DNA from: a virus
Lineage: Duplodnaviria; Caudoviricetes
DNA length: 28,509 bases
Strand: one strand, 5' to 3'
IMG/VR virus record: IMGVR_UViG_3300037510_000305
Span: 1 to 28,509 of that record
Below the pieces are notes generated by a model. It was not told the DNA's origin, searched no databases, and saw only the letters and a program-made list of their open reading frames with translations. Both the position numbers and the translations under genes were made by a program. Shown here one piece after another: positions 24,610-28,509 of the stretch (its first letter is position 1; each line of letters begins with the position of its first letter).

Positions 24610-24918
24610 GTGAAGTCCGTGTCTGAGCCTCTTTTTATCCCCGGCGAAATCGCTTTGTCCCGCATTACTTGGGAATGTCCCTGCGGTTGTGGGACAGGCA
24701 TTTCTGCCGGGCAGGAAGTCCTTGTCGTTTCCATCATACCAAACAGCGAAAAGCCCCCATTCCCAGAACTTCATGGCGTCTTTTGCTATAAGATCGATGT
24801 AGGAATTTGGAGCCTGCTTGGTGTAGCAGAAGACAACCTGAAAAAGAAACCAGGCAACACTCCATCAGTGTTCGACGACAAGATCTGGAATCCAACAAAG
24901 ATTAAGGAGAAAGTATGA
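24610..24918 (+). CDS. Hypothetical protein (CxCxC...HxxC Zn-binding)
   Basis: GGGAGG RBS; 'ECPCGCG..I..GQ...HGVFC'. Confidence 0.6.
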   Translation: MKSVSEPLFIPGEIALSRITWECPCGCGTGISAGQEVLVVSIIPNSEKPPFPELHGVFCYKIDVGIWSLLGVAEDNLKKKPGNTPSVFDDKIWNPTKIKEKV

Positions 24919-25889
24919 TACCAACGGTTCGTCCCTCTCTTCCAGGCGTAATCGATTCTACGATTCGCTCAGACTTCGTCGCATGTCCGACCAAATTCTA
25001 CTGGTCTTTCATGCGCAAGCTCGGTGGCTTTGAGCCATCAACAGACTTGATCGCGGGAGGCGCCTTTGCAAAGGGTCTGGAAGTTTTTCGCAAGAACTAT
25101 TACGGCGCTGCAAAGCTCGGACTTAAAGAGGCTTATGAAGCAGGCGCTCTGGCCGCCATTGCCGAATACGGAGAACACAACCCACCCGAACACAAGCAGC
25201 AAAAGAGTGTTCAGCGAGTGGTTGAAGCACTTGCCGACTACCTCCAGCAGCCCAAATATCAACCTGACACTGATCACGTCCAGCCCTACTTTCCTGGAGG
25301 CAGCGGTGATCCCGCAGTCGAGTTCACATTCTCGATTCCCTTACCAATTCTCCATCCAGAGTCGGGTGAACCATTCCTATACGCAGGTCGCTTTGACATG
25401 CTCGGAGTGCGGAATCAGCAGCTCGTTGTGGTTGACGAAAAAACTACATCTCAGCTGGGTCCCACCTGGGTTAATAAGTGGAACTTGCGAGGTCAATTCA
25501 CAGGGTATATCTGGGCATGTCAGCAATACGGATATCCTGTCCTCGGAGCAATTGTCCGAGGTATTAGCTTTCTTAAGAACTCTTTCGGACACGCTGAATC
25601 GCTTCAAATGCGAGCGCAGTGGGAAGTTGACCAATGGTACGCCCAACTCCTCGCAGACGTAAAGCGCATGGTCTGGTGCTGGGAGAACAACTGGTTCGAC
25701 CAAGCCTTCGACGAAGCCTGTGCGGACTTCAGCGGCTGTCCATTCCAGGTCCTGTGCAAGTCATCGACGCCTGAACAGTGGACGTCTAAGTACATCATTC
25801 GCGATTGGGACCCCTTGAAAAAGGTGCCCTATCAGCAACCGAGCGACAAGCCAAGTGAAATTATCCAACTACCAGAAGGAGTCGTATGA
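24915..25889 (+). CDS. PD-(D/E)XK exonuclease, Cas4/RecB-like with Fe-S-type Cys pattern
   Basis: N-terminal 'FVACP', 'VEFTF', 'GRFD', 'VDEKT', 'QFTGY' and C-terminal 'ACADFSGCPFQVLC'. Confidence 0.85.
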   Translation: MIPTVRPSLPGVIDSTIRSDFVACPTKFYWSFMRKLGGFEPSTDLIAGGAFAKGLEVFRKNYYGAAKLGLKEAYEAGALAAIAEYGEHNPPEHKQQKSVQRVVEALADYLQQPKYQPDTDHVQPYFPGGSGDPAVEFTFSIPLPILHPESGEPFLYAGRFDMLGVRNQQLVVVDEKTTSQLGPTWVNKWNLRGQFTGYIWACQQYGYPVLGAIVRGISFLKNSFGHAESLQMRAQWEVDQWYAQLLADVKRMVWCWENNWFDQAFDEACADFSGCPFQVLCKSSTPEQWTSKYIIRDWDPLKKVPYQQPSDKPSEIIQLPEGVV

Positions 25890-26266
25890 CTGAAGAACCC
25901 ACGCCAAACATGCCGAACAAGGCTGCGTTGAGCAAGATCGAGGAGAAGCTGAAGACGAATCCGCCGGCGCCACTGCCTACTGCATCTCAGCCACAGTTCG
26001 ACGCCTCGACCATGCTGAACACGCAGGAGAATCTCGCTGCGCAGGGCTCCATCGCTGCACGAGACGCAGCCGAGTCTCACAAAAAGGACTTCGTCTGGTC
26101 TCTTGACGACGAGAAGAAGCTGATCGAAGCCATGCGTCGCTGCGGAAACTTCGATGACCTGGCCAAGATGGTTGGACGGAGCAAGGTTGCAGTCCAGCAG
26201 AAGATTGGCGACATGATGCGAGAGAAAACCTTCTTTGCCGAAGCGAGAAAGGTGTTACTGCGATGA
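25886..26266 (+). CDS. HTH (Myb/GcrA-like) domain protein
   Basis: 'WSLDDEKKL...DDLAKMVGRSKVAVQQKI'. Confidence 0.65.
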   Translation: MTEEPTPNMPNKAALSKIEEKLKTNPPAPLPTASQPQFDASTMLNTQENLAAQGSIAARDAAESHKKDFVWSLDDEKKLIEAMRRCGNFDDLAKMVGRSKVAVQQKIGDMMREKTFFAEARKVLLR

Positions 26267-26505
26267 TCACCTACAACCACGATAGGAGCGTGAAGAATAT
26301 GGAACGAGCGAGACTGAATGCTGACCCAAGCTACGAGGATCCGGAAGCGGACGAGGCTTACGAAGAGGACGAAGACGAGGACGACGAAGCAGAAGTCTGT
26401 CCCTCTTGCGAAGAACCCCTCGACGCTCTCGGCAACTGCGTTAACCAGGACTGCAGTGAGTACGAGGACGAGGAAGAAGAGGACACTGAGGAAGACGAGG
26501 AGTGA
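26263..26505 (+). CDS. Highly acidic small protein with central Zn ribbon
   Basis: D/E runs flanking CPSC...CVNQDC; start uncertain. Confidence 0.65.
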   Translation: MITYNHDRSVKNMERARLNADPSYEDPEADEAYEEDEDEDDEAEVCPSCEEPLDALGNCVNQDCSEYEDEEEEDTEEDEE

Positions 26506-26927
26506 AATCCCAGCTCTTCTATGAAGGGCACTGGATGGGGGAGGTGGATTCCACCTCCTCTATCTCTCACGCCTGGGTCTGCGTCTGCTGTGGCAGGCTC
26601 TTTGCGCAAAGGGTTGTTGAGGAAGAACGTATTCTGCCGGAGGGAGATAGCCCATCAGGCGAAATCCGTTGGACTCACTGGCGAACTTATTGCGCAAGGT
26701 GCTTCAACGCCAACTGCGTTCACCAGCACGAGCTTGAATGCTTATTCCATCGTGGCTTAGGCGCGCATACCGTTGCAACCATAGCTGCGCAGTTCTTATA
26801 CGAGTGGGAGATTTATGAGCGTACCATCAGTGCAAAATCCATCCGGGCTAACACCCTCTTCGCCGACTACGGATTCGACGCAGCCTCAGAACATTCCTGG
26901 CCCCAAAGTACTTCTTATGGGAGATAG
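26502..26927 (+). CDS. Cys-rich hypothetical protein
   Basis: GTGA overlap, GAGGAG RBS; CVCC...CARC. Confidence 0.55.
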   Translation: MKSQLFYEGHWMGEVDSTSSISHAWVCVCCGRLFAQRVVEEERILPEGDSPSGEIRWTHWRTYCARCFNANCVHQHELECLFHRGLGAHTVATIAAQFLYEWEIYERTISAKSIRANTLFADYGFDAASEHSWPQSTSYGR

Positions 26928-27702
26928 CGGAACATGGAAGACCTCAAGCCTCAAGTCTCTAGCCTCGCTCGGTATTACAGTCTTTGCCGTTGCGACGGAA
27001 CAGAACTTCATGCAGATTCTCAAGGAGCAGTTGGGCAAGACAATCCACTACGTGTATATTCCAGCCCAACCGCCTGCGGCGCCGTCACAGATTCTTTCCG
27101 TGCTGAAGCAAATTAATCAGCTGTCTTATGAAAACCTCACCAAGACAGTCGACCCTTTCAAAACCGCCAACAACCGTCTCGTTGACGTTGGGCAGGTTCT
27201 TAATGACTTTAGATGCGACTGCTGCAAAAAATCTTGGGGCAGCCCCACTGCTTGGCGTACTGATAGGGCTTTGGTATTCGATGGGATGTCGGGCCTTTCT
27301 GATATGGCATTTGCTCTTGTGGTTGGAAATAAACCTGTACGGGGCATGCCAGATTATCAAGTTGCTCAGAATGCTCTCCGTATGATCCTCAACATCGCCG
27401 TCAACATGCAGTCGATGTTCGTACTGATCTCTCACCTTGATAAGGAGCAGGACCTCGTGTCCGGCGCATACTATGCGACAGTTCGCACAGTTGGACAAAA
27501 GCTTGGACCCGATCTTCCGCGCCTCTTCAGTGACTGCATCCGTGCGAAGCGGACTGGCGAGAATGTTGTCTGGACAACAGCCGACGCTCAGGCAACAGTC
27601 GTCGGCCGACATGTCCCCAGCTCTGACAAGCTGGATCCTAATTTCAACCTCCTTGTGTCTAATTGGCTCAAGCAGGGGGGAAAGATCGAGCCCACAACCT
27701 AA
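26815..27702 (+). CDS. AAA_24-family P-loop ATPase (Sak4-like recombination protein)
   Basis: 'KVLLMGDSGTWKT', Walker B 'LVFDGMS', 'PDY', 'FVLISH', 'LPRLFSD'. Lies between the exonuclease and SSB genes. Confidence 0.82.
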   Translation: MSVPSVQNPSGLTPSSPTTDSTQPQNIPGPKVLLMGDSGTWKTSSLKSLASLGITVFAVATEQNFMQILKEQLGKTIHYVYIPAQPPAAPSQILSVLKQINQLSYENLTKTVDPFKTANNRLVDVGQVLNDFRCDCCKKSWGSPTAWRTDRALVFDGMSGLSDMAFALVVGNKPVRGMPDYQVAQNALRMILNIAVNMQSMFVLISHLDKEQDLVSGAYYATVRTVGQKLGPDLPRLFSDCIRAKRTGENVVWTTADAQATVVGRHVPSSDKLDPNFNLLVSNWLKQGGKIEPTT

Positions 27703-27717
27703 AGAGAGGAAAGAATA

Positions 27718-28035
27718 ATGTCAGCACCTCGCTATGGCCAAGCAACCGCACCAGCACCGGCAACTCCGGTAGCTTCAGTTGAAGGGGGAGACCTTTCGTT
27801 TTCAACCTTCCTGCATCGACGACTGGACAACATCATCGACCGCAACACCAGCGTCCTGCAAGGAATGAGCATGCATCTGGACACGCTGCTCGGCAGTCTG
27901 CCAAGCAAGGCTGAAGAGAACGTATCGCAGCCTGGACCAAACGGCATCTTCTCAGTTATTGAGATGCAACTCGTAGTCCTTATGCGACAGACTGAATGGT
28001 TGGAAAATCTCGCGCAACGCCTCTACAAAGTTTGA
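27718..28035 (+). CDS. Hypothetical helical protein
   Basis: GAGGA RBS; 105 aa. Confidence 0.65.
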   Translation: MSAPRYGQATAPAPATPVASVEGGDLSFSTFLHRRLDNIIDRNTSVLQGMSMHLDTLLGSLPSKAEENVSQPGPNGIFSVIEMQLVVLMRQTEWLENLAQRLYKV

Positions 28036-28043
28036 GTTTCTAG

Positions 28044-28086
28044 TCGATGATGATGTGATGTGAAGTGAAACGTAACGTAATGTAAC
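28044..28086 (+). repeat. Degenerate short tandem repeats (GAT/GATGT/GTGAA/CGTAA) in the SSB leader
   Basis: gatgatgatgtgatgtgaagtgaaacgtaacgtaatgtaac directly before the GGAG RBS. Confidence 0.7.
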
Positions 28087-28098
28087 TGGAGAATGCAA

Positions 28099-28509
28099 AT
28101 GACTGATCAAATTCCTTCTGGCACCCCGTTCAATGCTGAACTGCTCATGGGTCAGCAGCTCAATGACGCGAACTCCACTGAACTGATCAAGGTTCCCGAG
28201 GGCGAATACACCGCTGTCTCGGAGCCGATCAGTGCGGAGTCGTTCAAGGAGTTCGATATCCGTCGTGGTGAACGGGCTGGCACGAAAGGCCTCAAGCTCA
28301 ACGTCGTCTGGCTGATCAACGATGACAGTGGCGCGTTGAAGGAGATGCTGGGGCGTGCCCCGAAGGTGACGCAGGGCATCATGCTCGACCGTGGTCCGCA
28401 GGGACTTGAGATGGGCAAGGGCAAGAACGTGGGCCTCGGTCGCCTGCGCGAAGCGCTTGGTCAGAACAAGACCGGTATCCCCTGGTCGTTCTCGATGCTC
28501 GGTGGTCAG
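28099..28509 (+). CDS. Putative single-stranded DNA-binding protein (DUF669-like), partial
   Basis: My translation MTDQIPSGTPFNAELLMGQQLNDANSTELIKVPEGEYTAV...KGKNVGLGRLREALGQN. 'VPEGEY' OB-fold start; follows the Sak4-like ATPase; open to the window end. Confidence 0.7.
   Translation, partial: MTDQIPSGTPFNAELLMGQQLNDANSTELIKVPEGEYTAVSEPISAESFKEFDIRRGERAGTKGLKLNVVWLINDDSGALKEMLGRAPKVTQGIMLDRGPQGLEMGKGKNVGLGRLREALGQNKTGIPWSFSMLGGQ

Noticed and set aside
24915-25889. Cas4 as evidence of a CRISPR-Cas locus
   Set aside because: No other cas genes or array; solo Cas4-like nucleases are common in phage recombination modules.
1-28509. tRNA, rRNA, integrase or alternative genetic code
   Set aside because: No cloverleaf or rRNA-like segment noticed by eye, no integrase motif, and genes tile well under the standard code. 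A tRNAscan/Infernal run would be needed to exclude small RNAs.

Overview
This window is part of a tailed dsDNA bacteriophage genome with podovirus-like organisation and a likely Gram-negative host (sigma70-type promoters, M15 endolysin, 3TM holin). Two gene arms diverge from about 16.3-16.6 kb. The minus-strand late arm reads: small jelly-roll-like protein, SAM-methyltransferase/Maf-like (DUF115) fusion, 155-aa beta-rich protein, lyase/lectin-like protein, lectin-plus-14-repeat protein, putative TerS, PD-(D/E)XK nuclease, secreted protein, TerL, 3-repeat protein, portal, Bbp19-like protein, scaffold, major capsid, a stand-alone nozzle-C-terminus-like gene, lysis cassette, adaptor, tail collar/fibre protein and the start of the nozzle gene. 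The plus-strand early arm has a stand-alone gene, a ~300-bp inverted-repeat/poly-T element, about 25 small hypothetical genes and a Cas4-like exonuclease / AAA_24 (Sak4-like) ATPase / SSB module. The best candidate for a new system is the operon at 11.0-16.3 kb plus the gene at 7.8-8.2 kb. It may build a capsid-anchored, repeat-templated, lectin-tipped and possibly glycosylated virion filament. All family assignments come from motif recognition by eye; no database searches were run.
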